Shown: positions 8,522 to 18,249 of the stretch, piece after piece | Layout of the letters: the number at the start of each line of letters is the position of its first letter | Numbering within the stretch: position 1 is the first letter of the stretch | Assembly (NCBI GenBank): GCA_034189655.1 | Contig: JAXHUE010000002.1 | Location: forward strand, 32,207-96,206 | Origin: Chloroflexota bacterium | GTDB taxonomy: Bacteria; Chloroflexota; Dehalococcoidia; E44-bin15 | DNA length: 64,000 nucleotides | Direction: 5' to 3' | The notes under the pieces: generated by a model | The model's database searches: none | Told to the model about the DNA's origin: nothing | What the model saw: the letters and a program-made list of their open reading frames with translations, nothing else | Program-made: the position numbers and the translations under genes

Positions 8522-10372
8522 ATGACAGAACTAGACCGCATACTACCCCGCGTGACCAGACCCGCCCGCTACACCGGCGGCGAGTGGAACAGCATCATCA
8601 AAGACTGGGAGACCACGGAGGTGAAGGTGGCCCTGTGCTACCCCGACGTGTACGAGATAGGCATGTCCAACCTGGGGCTGTCCGTGCTGTACGACCTGGT
8701 GAACAGGGAGCCCCATGCCCTCGCCGAGCGCGTGTTCGCCCCCTGGGTGGACATGGAGGCCGAGCTGCGGCAGGCCTCTGTGCCCCTGTTCAGCCTGGAG
8801 TCGCGACGCCCCATAGCCGACTTCGATATCATCGGCTTCTCCCTGGGCTATGAGCTCACCTATACCAACGTGCTCACGGTGCTCGATCTCTCCGGGATAC
8901 CGCTGTTCGCCGCCGAGCGGGACCGCTCTCATCCCCTGGTCATCGCCGGGGGGAGCTGTGCCCTAAACCCCGAGCCCATGGCGGAGTTCGTGGACATCTT
9001 CTGCCTCGGCGATGGCGAGGAGGTGCTCCTTGAGCTCATCGATGCCTACAGGCGGTGGCGCTCGGCGGGTGCGGGGCAGCGCGATGAGCTGCTGCGGGGG
9101 CTTGCCGCCATCCGCGGCGTCTATGTGCCCAGCCTCTACCGCACAGACCACGGCGGCGATGACACGCCCTGTACCGTCAGGCCGGCGGCGGACTGGGTGC
9201 CCGCGGTGGTGGAGCGGCGCATCGTGGAGGAGCTCACCCCCACCGTGACCAGGCCCATCGTCCCCTTCGTTGAGACGGTGCACGACCGTGCCGCCATCGA
9301 GATACAGAGGGGCTGCACCCGGGGCTGCCGCTTCTGCCAGGCGGGCACCATCTACCGTCCCCTGCGCGAGCGCCCCCTCGAAGAGGTGATGCAGGCCGCG
9401 GACGAGCTCCTGCACAGTAGCGGCTACAACGAGCTCTCCCTCGTCTCCTTAAGCACCAGCGACTACAGCGAGATCGATACCCTGGTGGGCAGGCTCACCG
9501 AGCGCTACCGGGATGACTGCGTGAAGCTCTCTCTGCCCAGCCTGCACCTGGGCAGCTTCTCGACGAGGCTGATGGACTCCTTCGCCGATGGCAAGAAAGG
9601 GGGCCTCACCTTTGCCCCGGAGGCGGGGAGTGAGAGGCTGCGCTGTGCCGTAAACAAGGTCGTGCCGGAGGAGGAGCTTCTAAAGACCCTCGACATGGCC
9701 CAGGAGCGCGGCTGGGGCAGTGTCAAGCTGTACTTCATGCTGGGCCTCCCCACGGAGACCGAGGGCGACGTGGAGGACATAGTGCGGCTGGTGCGCACCA
9801 TCCACCGCTCGCGGCGGAGGCAGGGGGGCAGGCCGCTGCGGGTGAAGGTGAGCGCCTCTCCCTTCGTGCCCAAGGCGCACACCCCCTTCCAGTGGGTGGC
9901 CCAGGATACGGAGGAGGTGCTCGGGGCAAAGGTCGCCGTCGTGAAGGCCGGGCTGAGGGGGGTGGGGGTGCACCTGTCGTGGCAGGACGCGAGGATGAGC
10001 CTGCTGGAGGGCGTGCTGGCGCGGGGCGACCGACGTCTCTCGCAGGTCATCTACCGGGCGTGGCAGATGGGCTCCCGCTTCGAGGCGTGGAGCGAGCACT
10101 TCGACTACGACCGGTGGCTCCGTGCCTTCGCCGAGTGCGGCCTGGATCCCTCATTCTACGCCCACCGCGAGCGGCCGCTCGACGAGGCGTTGCCCTGGGG
10201 CCACATCGACGTCGGCGTGAGCACGAGTCACTTGAAGAGGGAGTTCTTGAACACAAAAAACGGTGCAGTGACCGAGGACTGCCGCTACGGCCACTGCACC
10301 GCGTGTGGTCTTCAGCGCTGGCACGGAGGGTGCCAGCGGCTCTATCAGAACTCTTCCTCCTCCTCGTCGTAG
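8522..10372 (+). CDS. B12-binding-domain radical SAM protein (TIGR03960-like)
   Basis: N-terminal [23 protein letters not shown], radical SAM cysteine motif CTRGCRFC, about 616 aa. C-terminal tail NSSSSSS arises from a convergent overlap with the next gene. Confidence 0.8.
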   Translation: MTELDRILPRVTRPARYTGGEWNSIIKDWETTEVKVALCYPDVYEIGMSNLGLSVLYDLVNREPHALAERVFAPWVDMEAELRQASVPLFSLESRRPIADFDIIGFSLGYELTYTNVLTVLDLSGIPLFAAERDRSHPLVIAGGSCALNPEPMAEFVDIFCLGDGEEVLLELIDAYRRWRSAGAGQRDELLRGLAAIRGVYVPSLYRTDHGGDDTPCTVRPAADWVPAVVERRIVEELTPTVTRPIVPFVETVHDRAAIEIQRGCTRGCRFCQAGTIYRPLRERPLEEVMQAADELLHSSGYNELSLVSLSTSDYSEIDTLVGRLTERYRDDCVKLSLPSLHLGSFSTRLMDSFADGKKGGLTFAPEAGSERLRCAVNKVVPEEELLKTLDMAQERGWGSVKLYFMLGLPTETEGDVEDIVRLVRTIHRSRRRQGGRPLRVKVSASPFVPKAHTPFQWVAQDTEEVLGAKVAVVKAGLRGVGVHLSWQDARMSLLEGVLARGDRRLSQVIYRAWQMGSRFEAWSEHFDYDRWLRAFAECGLDPSFYAHRERPLDEALPWGHIDVGVSTSHLKREFLNTKNGAVTEDCRYGHCTACGLQRWHGGCQRLYQNSSSSSS

Positions 10373-12816
10373 TACTCAGCCGGCTGCTGCGGCTGTCGCG
10401 GCCCTGCCGGGCGGGTGAGGAGCACGATGAGCAGGATGAGGAGGGCGGCCCCCACTACCCCGATGATAACCCAGTACCACCACACCCACTCGAAGCCACC
10501 GGCTGCCTCTGACGCGAACACCGCCCAGCTACTGAGCTGATTGGTGGTGGCGCACACCGTCCCCGCCGAGGTGCTGACCGTCGAGGGCACTATCTCCCAC
10601 GACGAGGTGCTGGTGTTGTACCTTGCCAGCGTGAGCTTGGTGGCATCGCCGCCGGCGGCATTGACGTCGGCGGAGGTGTACCTCACGCAGATGGTGACAT
10701 CAGCACCCAGCGTCCCTGTGGCCGGCGAGGTGGTGATGGAGAAGTAGCTGTTGCCCACCTTGTAGCCCGTAGGGGCCACCGGTGTCGACGTTGAAGAGAT
10801 GGTCACCGTGGTGCTCTGGGTGAAGGCACCCGAGGGTATGGTCAAGGTGACCCTGCTGTCGCTGGTGGTCACTGTTCCGCCCGTCGTCCCCACGGTACCT
10901 GAGCCCTGGAAGGGCGGCGTCGTGGGCGTCGCTGTCGGCGAAGGGGTAGGCGACGGTGTCGGCGAAGGGGTAGGCGACGGTGTCGGCGATGCCGTCGGCG
11001 TTGGCGAAGGAGTGGTCGTCGGCGTCGGCGTCGGCGTGGGCGTCGCTACCGGTGTCACCGTGGGCGTCACCGTCGGGGTCACTGTCGGCACCGTGGTAGG
11101 TGTCGGTGTCGGTGTCGGCGTCAGCGGGAGCGTGAGGTTCACCTTGAACTCGAAGTCCTTCTCCGCGGTGGCCTCCTCGTTGCTCCCCTTGTCGAAGGAG
11201 GAAACGGTGATGCCGTAGAACTGGCCGTTTATAAACGAGGGCAGTGCCGGCGTGGTGGAGGTGGTCACCTTCCAGTCTTCTGAGAGCTCGTTGAAGGTGC
11301 CGTCGGTGGCGGTGGCGAAGATCCAGTCCCACCACGCTGTGCCAATGTTCCCCCACTCGTCAGTGCCCCAGCCGGCGCCGTTCCACACCGGGTCGACCCC
11401 GGTATCGAAGCCATCTGCGCCCAGGTCGTGCCATATGCGCACGATGACGGCGTCTATCTCACCGGAGGCGTCCCCGGCCACGCCCTGTATGCTGGTCAGG
11501 CTGTTGTACACTATGCTGGGGATGGCGTTTATGCTGGTGTCGGGCACCGTGTCATCGTAGGTGAAGGACTCGGTGTTGGAGAGCTCAGGCGTGTTCACGC
11601 CGTCGTCGGACCTCACCTGCACCTGGTAGGTATCGCCGTCCACCCAGGTGGGAAAGCCGTCTTTCATGTCACCGGGGTCACAGGTCCAGTCCTGCTGGTC
11701 GTCTCCCCACAAAGTACCAAGGGTGCAGATGGGGGCGTTGGCCCAGTCCAGGTCGCCCTCCCAGTTGTTGAGGTCAAGGTCCCAGTCATCGCCGTCCCAG
11801 TACATGTCGTTGGTCTGGTCGTATATCCTGATGCTGACGGTTGCCACCAGCTCACCGGTGCCTGGCCTGGAGGTGCCGCTGAACTGGTTTATGTAGGCGT
11901 AGTTGGGGCCGATGTACTCGGGGAGGGGGTCTACGTAGGCATCGGCCGTGGTGAGCTGCTTCCTGTAGGTGAAGGTCTTAACCTCATCGACGAAGTCCCT
12001 GTTGTCCGCCCCATCGGCGGTCTGGGCGTCAATGGAGTACATGTAGCCGTTGTACCAGTCGGGCAGGGGCGGGGTGGTGTTGGTGGCTATGCGCCACGAC
12101 GTGGTGCCCGCCGTCTTGATCCACACCTCGTCGGCCTGCCAGAAGCTCCCGTTCCAGCACAGGTCGTCACCGGCATCAAAGATGCCATCGGTTCCTCCAG
12201 CAGGTGAGTCCCACCATATCATGGTCCGCACCTGGTTGATGGTGCCTGGGGAGTTGTCGGCAGCGGTACCCTCGACCTCGGTGAGGGAGTAGATGGTGTC
12301 GGCGAAGGTGGTGGTGAAGCTCACGTCCGGCAGCTCATCGTCTAAGGTGAAGGTGCCGGAGGACGGGCTGTTGTCCACGTAGCCGTCATCGTCCACCGCC
12401 CTGGCGTACACCGTGTAGCCCTTGCCGTTGGTCAGGTCTGTCTGCAGCATCCCTGCACCGGTGGTGAAGTCCCAGTCCCACTGGTTGTCTCCCCAGTTGG
12501 GGCCGGGGGCTATATCGTTCCACAGGTCGGGGTCATTCACCCAGGCGGTGCCGCCATCGTCCCAGCGGTAGCCGTCGTGGTTGCGCACGATCTGTACCTG
12601 GACAAAGTCGATGGTGCGCGGCGCCTCGCAGATGGACGTGCCCGAGATCATGGGAACGTCGTTGGTGAAGGCGGGCAGTGGGTCCATGTAGGTGTTCGGC
12701 GGTGTCACCGCCTCTGCCGGCCCGGAGCGGGCCAATGGCAGCGCCACGGCCACCAGTGCGAATAGCATGACTACTGCAATCGTGACGCGCCACCAGGAAC
12801 CAGACATACTGTTCAT
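10345..12816 (-). CDS. Cell-surface protein: signal peptide, 4 W/D-rich ~130-aa repeats, Pro/Thr linker, C-terminal beta domain, TM anchor and acidic cytoplasmic tail ([10 protein letters not shown])
   Basis: 823 aa. N-terminal hydrophobic signal ([19 protein letters not shown]). Four repeats sharing [IV]R[IM][WY].D..W..G..W motifs. About 75-aa (PT/PS)n linker. C-terminal hydrophobic helix [24 protein letters not shown], then a charged tail. RBS AAAGGAGAGGAAAG before the ATG. Confidence 0.8.
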   Translation of the reverse strand: MNSMSGSWWRVTIAVVMLFALVAVALPLARSGPAEAVTPPNTYMDPLPAFTNDVPMISGTSICEAPRTIDFVQVQIVRNHDGYRWDDGGTAWVNDPDLWNDIAPGPNWGDNQWDWDFTTGAGMLQTDLTNGKGYTVYARAVDDDGYVDNSPSSGTFTLDDELPDVSFTTTFADTIYSLTEVEGTAADNSPGTINQVRTMIWWDSPAGGTDGIFDAGDDLCWNGSFWQADEVWIKTAGTTSWRIATNTTPPLPDWYNGYMYSIDAQTADGADNRDFVDEVKTFTYRKQLTTADAYVDPLPEYIGPNYAYINQFSGTSRPGTGELVATVSIRIYDQTNDMYWDGDDWDLDLNNWEGDLDWANAPICTLGTLWGDDQQDWTCDPGDMKDGFPTWVDGDTYQVQVRSDDGVNTPELSNTESFTYDDTVPDTSINAIPSIVYNSLTSIQGVAGDASGEIDAVIVRIWHDLGADGFDTGVDPVWNGAGWGTDEWGNIGTAWWDWIFATATDGTFNELSEDWKVTTSTTPALPSFINGQFYGITVSSFDKGSNEEATAEKDFEFKVNLTLPLTPTPTPTPTTVPTVTPTVTPTVTPVATPTPTPTPTTTPSPTPTASPTPSPTPSPTPSPTPSPTATPTTPPFQGSGTVGTTGGTVTTSDSRVTLTIPSGAFTQSTTVTISSTSTPVAPTGYKVGNSYFSITTSPATGTLGADVTICVRYTSADVNAAGGDATKLTLARYNTSTSSWEIVPSTVSTSAGTVCATTNQLSSWAVFASEAAGGFEWVWWYWVIIGVVGAALLILLIVLLTRPAGPRQPQQPAEYYDEEEEEF
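10905..11135. repeat. Low-complexity tandem DNA repeats encoding the Pro/Thr/Ser linker of the surface protein
   Basis: 24-nt unit GTCGGCGAAGGGGTAGGCGACGGT repeated in tandem, plus (GTCGGC)n and (GGTGTC)n runs on the plus strand. Codes (SPTP)n/(TPTV)n on the minus strand. Confidence 0.7.
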
Positions 12817-13085
12817 CTTTCCTCTCCTTTCAGCCGTTTGAAGCCCTTCTGCTCACAAAGAGGGCCGAATGTCCGGTGCGCGAGATGGGCACGTCGACAC
12901 TCAGCTCCAGAATTGCTCCTCCAGCTTTGAGAGATTGGAGCCAATATAGGGGGCTTCATAGACCCAAATTCCATATTCTATCCTTTTACCACATACAAAG
13001 CTAAATGTCAACACCTTTGGGGAGGGAATCGCCCCATATTTTGTTCTATTTTGCGCAATTTTATCCGTGAGGCCGCCGCGCACTC

Positions 13086-13772
13086 CTACAGTTGGGCGAC
13101 GAAGGCAGCGATGGCCTGGTTCACCTCGTCGGGCTGCTCGGCGAACACCATGTGGGTCCCCCCCTCGATGACCACCGCCCTGGCCCCCGGTATGTGCTCG
13201 GCGAGGTAGTGGGTGTACTTGGGCGGCGTCATCACGTCCTCGGAGCCGCACAGGGCCAGGGTGGGCACCGTGAGCTCTCCCACCCGCTCCATGATGTCGA
13301 ACTTGTTGCAGCAGCGCATGTCGTTCAAGAAGGCCGCCGCGCCGTTCTCGTAGGCCCTCCTCTTGAGCACCTCGGTGAGCTCTGGGTCGAGGGTGGCGTA
13401 GCTCTGGGCGAAGAACTCCTCCAGGATGGAGGCGTCCTGTGTGGCCTGCTCCAGCATCTCCAGGTACATGGGGTGCACCCGCAGCCGGGCGCCGCCGCCG
13501 ACCAAGACCAGGCCCTTGACTGCCTGGGGATAGGCCAGGGCGTAGGTCTGGGCCACGGCGGTGCCCAGCGAGTGGCCCACCAGGCAGATTGCGCCGTAGC
13601 CCCTCTGGTCGACGTAGCCTTTGAGCCACTCCGCGTAGCCCTCGACGCTGTCGCGGAGCTCGCCCTCCGGGTGGCCGGGGAGGTCTATGGCGTCGCCGTC
13701 GGGGAAGCGCTGCACCTGGTAGCGCCAGGACTCGCGGCACCCGCCGGAGCCGTGGATGAAGATGAGCTTCAT
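13086..13772 (-). CDS. Alpha/beta-fold hydrolase
   Basis: 228 aa. MKLIFIHGSGG and nucleophile elbow GHSLG. The overlapping 279-aa ORF 12901-13740 is an alternate-frame artefact. Confidence 0.8.
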   Translation of the reverse strand: MKLIFIHGSGGCRESWRYQVQRFPDGDAIDLPGHPEGELRDSVEGYAEWLKGYVDQRGYGAICLVGHSLGTAVAQTYALAYPQAVKGLVLVGGGARLRVHPMYLEMLEQATQDASILEEFFAQSYATLDPELTEVLKRRAYENGAAAFLNDMRCCNKFDIMERVGELTVPTLALCGSEDVMTPPKYTHYLAEHIPGARAVVIEGGTHMVFAEQPDEVNQAIAAFVAQL

Positions 13773-13796
13773 ATCTGGTCTCCTCTCCTTGCTGCG

Positions 13797-14558
13797 CTAG
13801 GCCAGGGAGCCGCCATCGACGTATATGGTCTGGCCGGTGATGTAGCTTGAGGCGTCGGAGGCTAGGAACAGGGCCACCGCCATGATCTCCTCAGGCTCGG
13901 CGAGGCGGCCCAGCGGTATCCCCGACTCGATGGCCTTGCGCATATCGGGGTTGCTCCACATGGGCTCGCTGAACCCGGTCTTCACCATGCCCGGCCCGAT
14001 GGCGTTTACCCTGATGTTGTGGCGGGCCAGGTCAAGGGCCAGTATCTGGGTGAGCATGGCCACGCCGGACTTGGCAACGCCGTAGGCCCCCAGCATGGGG
14101 GCGGCCTTGACCACGGCGGCGGTGGTGATGTTGATGATGGTGCCGCGGTTCTTCTCCATCATCACCTTGCCCGCCGCCTGGGAGCAGAGGAAGTAGCCCT
14201 TCAAGTCTACGTTCAGCACCTTGTCCCAGCCGTCCTCCCTCAAGTCCATGAGGGGGCGCATGATGTTCATGGCGGCGTCGTTGACCAGGATATCGATGGT
14301 GCCGAAGCGCTCCACGGTGCGCGCCACCAGGTTGTCCACCTCGGCCTTTATGGCGATGTTGGTCTCCACCGCGAGGGCGCGGCGGCCCAGGGCCTCCACC
14401 TCTTTGACCACGCCCTCCAGTTCGGAGAGGGTGCGGCTGGCCACCACCACGTCGGCGCCGGCCTCGGCGAAGCCCAGTGCGATGGCCCTGCCGATGCCGC
14501 GGCTCCCTCCGGTTACGATGGCTACCTTTCCTTCCAGTGAGAGACTGGGAATGGCCAT
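13797..14558 (-). CDS. SDR-family oxidoreductase (FabG-like 3-oxoacyl reductase)
   Basis: 253 aa. TGGSRGIGRA Rossmann motif and YGVAKSG catalytic motif. RBS AAGGAGG. Confidence 0.85.
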   Translation of the reverse strand: MAIPSLSLEGKVAIVTGGSRGIGRAIALGFAEAGADVVVASRTLSELEGVVKEVEALGRRALAVETNIAIKAEVDNLVARTVERFGTIDILVNDAAMNIMRPLMDLREDGWDKVLNVDLKGYFLCSQAAGKVMMEKNRGTIINITTAAVVKAAPMLGAYGVAKSGVAMLTQILALDLARHNIRVNAIGPGMVKTGFSEPMWSNPDMRKAIESGIPLGRLAEPEEIMAVALFLASDASSYITGQTIYVDGGSLA

Positions 14559-14681
14559 GCTGACCTCCTTTTAAGATAAATTCGATATCAGATAACCTGG
14601 CCCCCGTTGGGGCTTATGACTCCTCCCACCATGAGGTACAAAGACTCTAATGGCGGTGCCTTTCCCGGCGGGAGGGCGCTG

Positions 14682-17096
14682 TCACGGTGCCGCGGTGGTC
14701 TCGTCGGCGAAGACGACGTCGAGCACCTCGTCGATCCTCTCGACGAAGACGAACTCGAGCTCGTCCTTCACCTGCTGGGGCACCTCCTCCAGGTCCTTCT
14801 CGTTGTCCCTGGGGAGGACCACCTTCTTGATGCCGGCGCGGTGGGCGGCGAGCACCTTGTCCCTGATGCCGCCCACGGGGAGCACCTTCCCGCGGAGGGT
14901 GATCTCTCCGGTCATGCCCACGTCCTTCCTCACCTGCCTCCCCGTGACCGCCGATACCAGGGCCACGGCCATGGTGACCCCTGCCGAGGGGCCGTCCTTG
15001 GGTATTGCCCCGGCGGGGACGTGGATGTGGACGTCGCTGGCCTGGTAGAAGCCCTTCGCCGGGCCCTTCGCCTCGGCGGCATCCTCCTTGGGGCGGCGCT
15101 TCTTGCCCAGGACGCGGCCCTCGTAGAAGCGGGCGTAGGTGAGGGCGGCCTTCGCCGACTCCTGCATCACGTCCCCCAGCTTGCCGGTGAGGATGAGGTT
15201 GCCCTTGCCCGGCACCAGCGTGGCCTCAATGAAGAGGACGTCGCCACCGGTGGGGGTCCAGGCCAGGCCTGTGGCCACCCCTATCTCGTCACCCTCCTCG
15301 GCGACCTCGTAGCGGAACCGCTTGGGGCCCAGGTAGCCGTGCAGGTCATCGGGGGATACCTGGGTGGTCTCGGCTGCCCCCTGGGCCACCTTCCTCGCCA
15401 CCTTGCGACACACGGAGCCGATCTCCCGCTCCAGGTTCCGGACGCCGGCCTCCCTGGTGTAGTCCCTGATGATGCCGAGGACGGTGTCGTCGCTGAACTG
15501 CACGTTCTGCGCCGCGAGGCCGTTCTCGTGGAGCTGCCGCGGGATCAAGTACTTCTGGGCGATGTGGAGCTTCTCCAGCTCGGTGTAGCCGGGGAGCTCG
15601 ATTATCTCCATCCTGTCCTTGAGCGCCGGCGGGATGGGGTCTACGATGTTGGCCGTGGTGATGAACATCACGTGGGACAGGTCGAAGGGGACGTCGAGGT
15701 AGTGGTCGGAGAAGGCGTGGTTCTGCTCCGGGTCCAGCACCTCGAGGAGGGCCGCTGCCGGGTCCCCGCGGAAGTCGGCACCGATCTTGTCCACCTCGTC
15801 GAGCATGAAGACCGGGTTGTTGGACTCGGCGCGGCGTATGCTCTGGATGATGCGGCCGGGCAGCGCCCCCACGTAGGTCCTGCGGTGGCCGCGGATCTCG
15901 GCCTCGTCCCTGATCCCGCCCAGGGAGAGGCGGACGAACTTGCGCCCCAGGGCGCGGGCGATGGAGTGCCCCACCGAGGTCTTGCCCGTCCCCGGTGGGC
16001 CGACGAAGCAGAGGATGGGCCCCTTCATCTCCGGGTTGAGCTTGCGCACGGCGAGGTACTCCAGTATGCGCTCCTTGACCTTGTCCAGGTCGTAGTGGTC
16101 TGTATCGAGCACCTCCTGCGCCTTGTCGATGTCGAGGCAGTCCTCGGTGCTCACCGCCCAGGGCAGGTTGATGAGCCAGTCGAGGTAGGTGCGCGATACG
16201 GTGTACTCGGCGGCGGCGGCGGGCATCTTGGCCAGGCGGTCGAGCTCGCGCTCTGCCTCCTTCTGCGCCTCGGGCGGAAGCTGGGCCTTGGCCAGGCCCT
16301 CCTTGAGCTCGTTGAGCTCCACGGTGCGCTCGTCGACCTCTCCCAGCTCCCTCTGGATGGCCTTGAGCTGCTCCCTCAAGTAGAACTCACGCTGGCTCTT
16401 GTCGATGTCCTCTTTCATCTGGGACTGTATCTTGCTGCCCAGCTCCAGTATGTCCAGCTCCCTGTTTATCAGGGTGGTGAGCCTCTTCACCCGCGCCAGG
16501 ACGTCCAGTTGCTCCAGTATCTCCTGGCGCTCCTCCAGCCCCATGTTGATGTGGGCGGCGACGAAGTCGGCGAGGGCGCCGGGGTCGGTCATGTTGACGG
16601 CGGCGATGCCCAGCTCCGAGGGCAGGTTGGGGGCAAGAGAGACCACCTTCTGGAAGAGGGCACTCACGTTCCGGGCGAGGGCCTCGAGCTCGGTGCTCTG
16701 CTCGGTTATGCTTTTCAGCACCTCCACCTTTCCCTTGAGGTAGGGCTCGCTCTGGGTGACCTCCTTGATGCGGACCCGCTCCAGCCCCTGCAGCAGGGCG
16801 CGCATGGAGCCATCGGGCATCTTGAACATCTTGGAGATGACGGCCGCGGTGCCCACGGTGTAGAGGTTCTCTGGGGTGGGCTCTTTCTCGTCGGCGGCGC
16901 GCTGGGCCAGTATGGCCACCATCTTGTCGCTGGCCATCGCGTCGTCGATGAGCTTGACCATCCGCTCGTTCTCCGTGGCGATGGGGACCATCATCGAGGG
17001 GTAGACCACGGCATCGCCGCTGGGCATTATGGGCAGCTCCTCGGGGATGGCGGCCCCCTCCGGGGGTATGGCGTCTTTCTCATTCACCGATACCAT
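14682..17096 (-). CDS. lon: ATP-dependent Lon protease
   Basis: 804 aa. LON N-domain, AAA+ Walker A GPPGTGKTS, and proteolytic domain with PKDGPSAG. The 844-aa plus-strand ORF opposite is antisense noise. Confidence 0.95.
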   Translation of the reverse strand: MVSVNEKDAIPPEGAAIPEELPIMPSGDAVVYPSMMVPIATENERMVKLIDDAMASDKMVAILAQRAADEKEPTPENLYTVGTAAVISKMFKMPDGSMRALLQGLERVRIKEVTQSEPYLKGKVEVLKSITEQSTELEALARNVSALFQKVVSLAPNLPSELGIAAVNMTDPGALADFVAAHINMGLEERQEILEQLDVLARVKRLTTLINRELDILELGSKIQSQMKEDIDKSQREFYLREQLKAIQRELGEVDERTVELNELKEGLAKAQLPPEAQKEAERELDRLAKMPAAAAEYTVSRTYLDWLINLPWAVSTEDCLDIDKAQEVLDTDHYDLDKVKERILEYLAVRKLNPEMKGPILCFVGPPGTGKTSVGHSIARALGRKFVRLSLGGIRDEAEIRGHRRTYVGALPGRIIQSIRRAESNNPVFMLDEVDKIGADFRGDPAAALLEVLDPEQNHAFSDHYLDVPFDLSHVMFITTANIVDPIPPALKDRMEIIELPGYTELEKLHIAQKYLIPRQLHENGLAAQNVQFSDDTVLGIIRDYTREAGVRNLEREIGSVCRKVARKVAQGAAETTQVSPDDLHGYLGPKRFRYEVAEEGDEIGVATGLAWTPTGGDVLFIEATLVPGKGNLILTGKLGDVMQESAKAALTYARFYEGRVLGKKRRPKEDAAEAKGPAKGFYQASDVHIHVPAGAIPKDGPSAGVTMAVALVSAVTGRQVRKDVGMTGEITLRGKVLPVGGIRDKVLAAHRAGIKKVVLPRDNEKDLEEVPQQVKDELEFVFVERIDEVLDVVFADETTAAP

Positions 17097-17103
17097 GGCT
17101 GTA

Positions 17104-17562
17104 TCACCTCTCGGCCTCGCTGTTGGGGGCCGTCGCCTTGATGGTCCGCCTCTGGACGGTCTTGGGGAGGCGGACCTGCAGGAGGCCCTCCCGGTACGAT
17201 GCCCTGGCCTCGTCCGCGGCCACCGCGGTGGGCAGCAGGAAGGCGCGCTCGAAGGCCCCCTTGTCGATCTCCATCTGGAGGTATGTCCTCTTGGGGTCCG
17301 CGGTGGGCTCTCTCCTCATCCCCTTGATGGCCAGCATGTTGCCCTCTACGGTGATGGTGATGTCCTCTTCGGCCACGCCGGCGATCTCGGCGATGAGCAC
17401 CACCTCGTCCGCGGTCTCGTAGATATCGATGTTGGGCTCCCACGCCCGCGGTGAGAAGCGCACCAGCGGCGGCTTGCGGGCTGACATGTTGTCCAGGAGC
17501 TGCTCCATCTCCCGGTACATGCTGTCGATGTGGACGTACCAGTCGCGGCGAAGCTGCATCAT
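17104..17562 (-). CDS. Hsp20/alpha-crystallin family small heat-shock protein
   Basis: Alpha-crystallin domain (WEPNIDIYETADEVVLIAEIAGV...LQVRLPK). Start chosen at the ATG preceded by GGGAGGA; the track ORF begins 12 codons earlier. 7-nt gap to lon. Confidence 0.8.
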   Translation of the reverse strand: MMQLRRDWYVHIDSMYREMEQLLDNMSARKPPLVRFSPRAWEPNIDIYETADEVVLIAEIAGVAEEDITITVEGNMLAIKGMRREPTADPKRTYLQMEIDKGAFERAFLLPTAVAADEARASYREGLLQVRLPKTVQRRTIKATAPNSEAER

Positions 17563-17614
17563 AGCTATCCTCCCGTCTGTGCTGCGTACCTGTGGCATCC
17601 TGGCCGTGGGGGCG

Positions 17615-18223
17615 TCATCCCACTCCCAGGGCCTCCATCATGCCCACTACCCCCTCGCGCACCATCTTTATGGCGATGGCGGCGAGCAGGAGGCTCATTA
17701 TCTTGGACAGGGCGTCCATACCCGACGCCCCGAGGAATCTCGCTATCCTGTTGGCCTGGGCGAAGATGAGCCAGGCGATGGCCATGTTGACGATGAAGGC
17801 ACCGAGGACGATGAGCGCGCTGTACTCCCCGCTTAAGAGCAGGAGGGTAGTGAGGACCGCAGGTCCGACGATGAGGGGGGTGCCCAGTGGCACCACGCCC
17901 ACCGTCTCGCGCGCGGCCGCGGTATCCACGTCCACCATCCTCCCCCGGATCAGCAGGCTTATCGAGAGGGCGAGCAGGATGAGACCGCCGGCGACCAGGA
18001 AGTCGGAGGCGCTTATCCCCAGGAGCCAGAAGACGGCCTTGCCGACGGCGATGAACCCCAGCCCCAGGGCCAGGGCGGTGAGCAGGGCGTAGCGCACGGT
18101 CTTGGCCCGCTGCGGGGCGCTCATGTGCCCGGTCATCGAGAGAAGGAAGGGCAGTGTCCCGATGGCGTCCATGGCCACGAACAGCGGGATGAAGCTCAGC
18201 AACAGGCCCTGGAGGATATCCAT
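17615..18223 (-). CDS. MarC-family (UPF0056) integral membrane protein
   Basis: 202 aa with about 6 TM helices and MarC-like sequence features. Confidence 0.7.
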   Translation of the reverse strand: MDILQGLLLSFIPLFVAMDAIGTLPFLLSMTGHMSAPQRAKTVRYALLTALALGLGFIAVGKAVFWLLGISASDFLVAGGLILLALSISLLIRGRMVDVDTAAARETVGVVPLGTPLIVGPAVLTTLLLLSGEYSALIVLGAFIVNMAIAWLIFAQANRIARFLGASGMDALSKIMSLLLAAIAIKMVREGVVGMMEALGVG

Positions 18224-18249
18224 GTCTCCCTATCCCCGGAGAGGGCCCC

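Noticed and set aside
10905-11135. Short tandem direct repeats, checked as possible CRISPR or minisatellite
   Set aside because: No spacer/repeat alternation and no cas genes. The repeats are in-frame codons of the Pro/Thr linker of the surface protein.
12901-13740. 279-aa minus-strand ORF
   Set aside because: Alternate frame overlapping the well-supported alpha/beta hydrolase gene (13086-13772). Pro/Arg/Gly-rich composition.
14607-17141. 844-aa plus-strand ORF
   Set aside because: Exactly antisense to the Lon protease gene. The translation is low-complexity (G/L/V/D/H-rich) with no motifs. A typical high-GC antisense artefact.
17563-18249. CIRCE/HrcA operator (TTAGCACTC-N9-GAGTGCTAA) upstream of the hsp20-lon heat-shock genes
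   Set aside because: Not present in the short gaps upstream of hsp20 (17563-17614) or marC (18224-18249). The genes are tightly packed behind gyrA.
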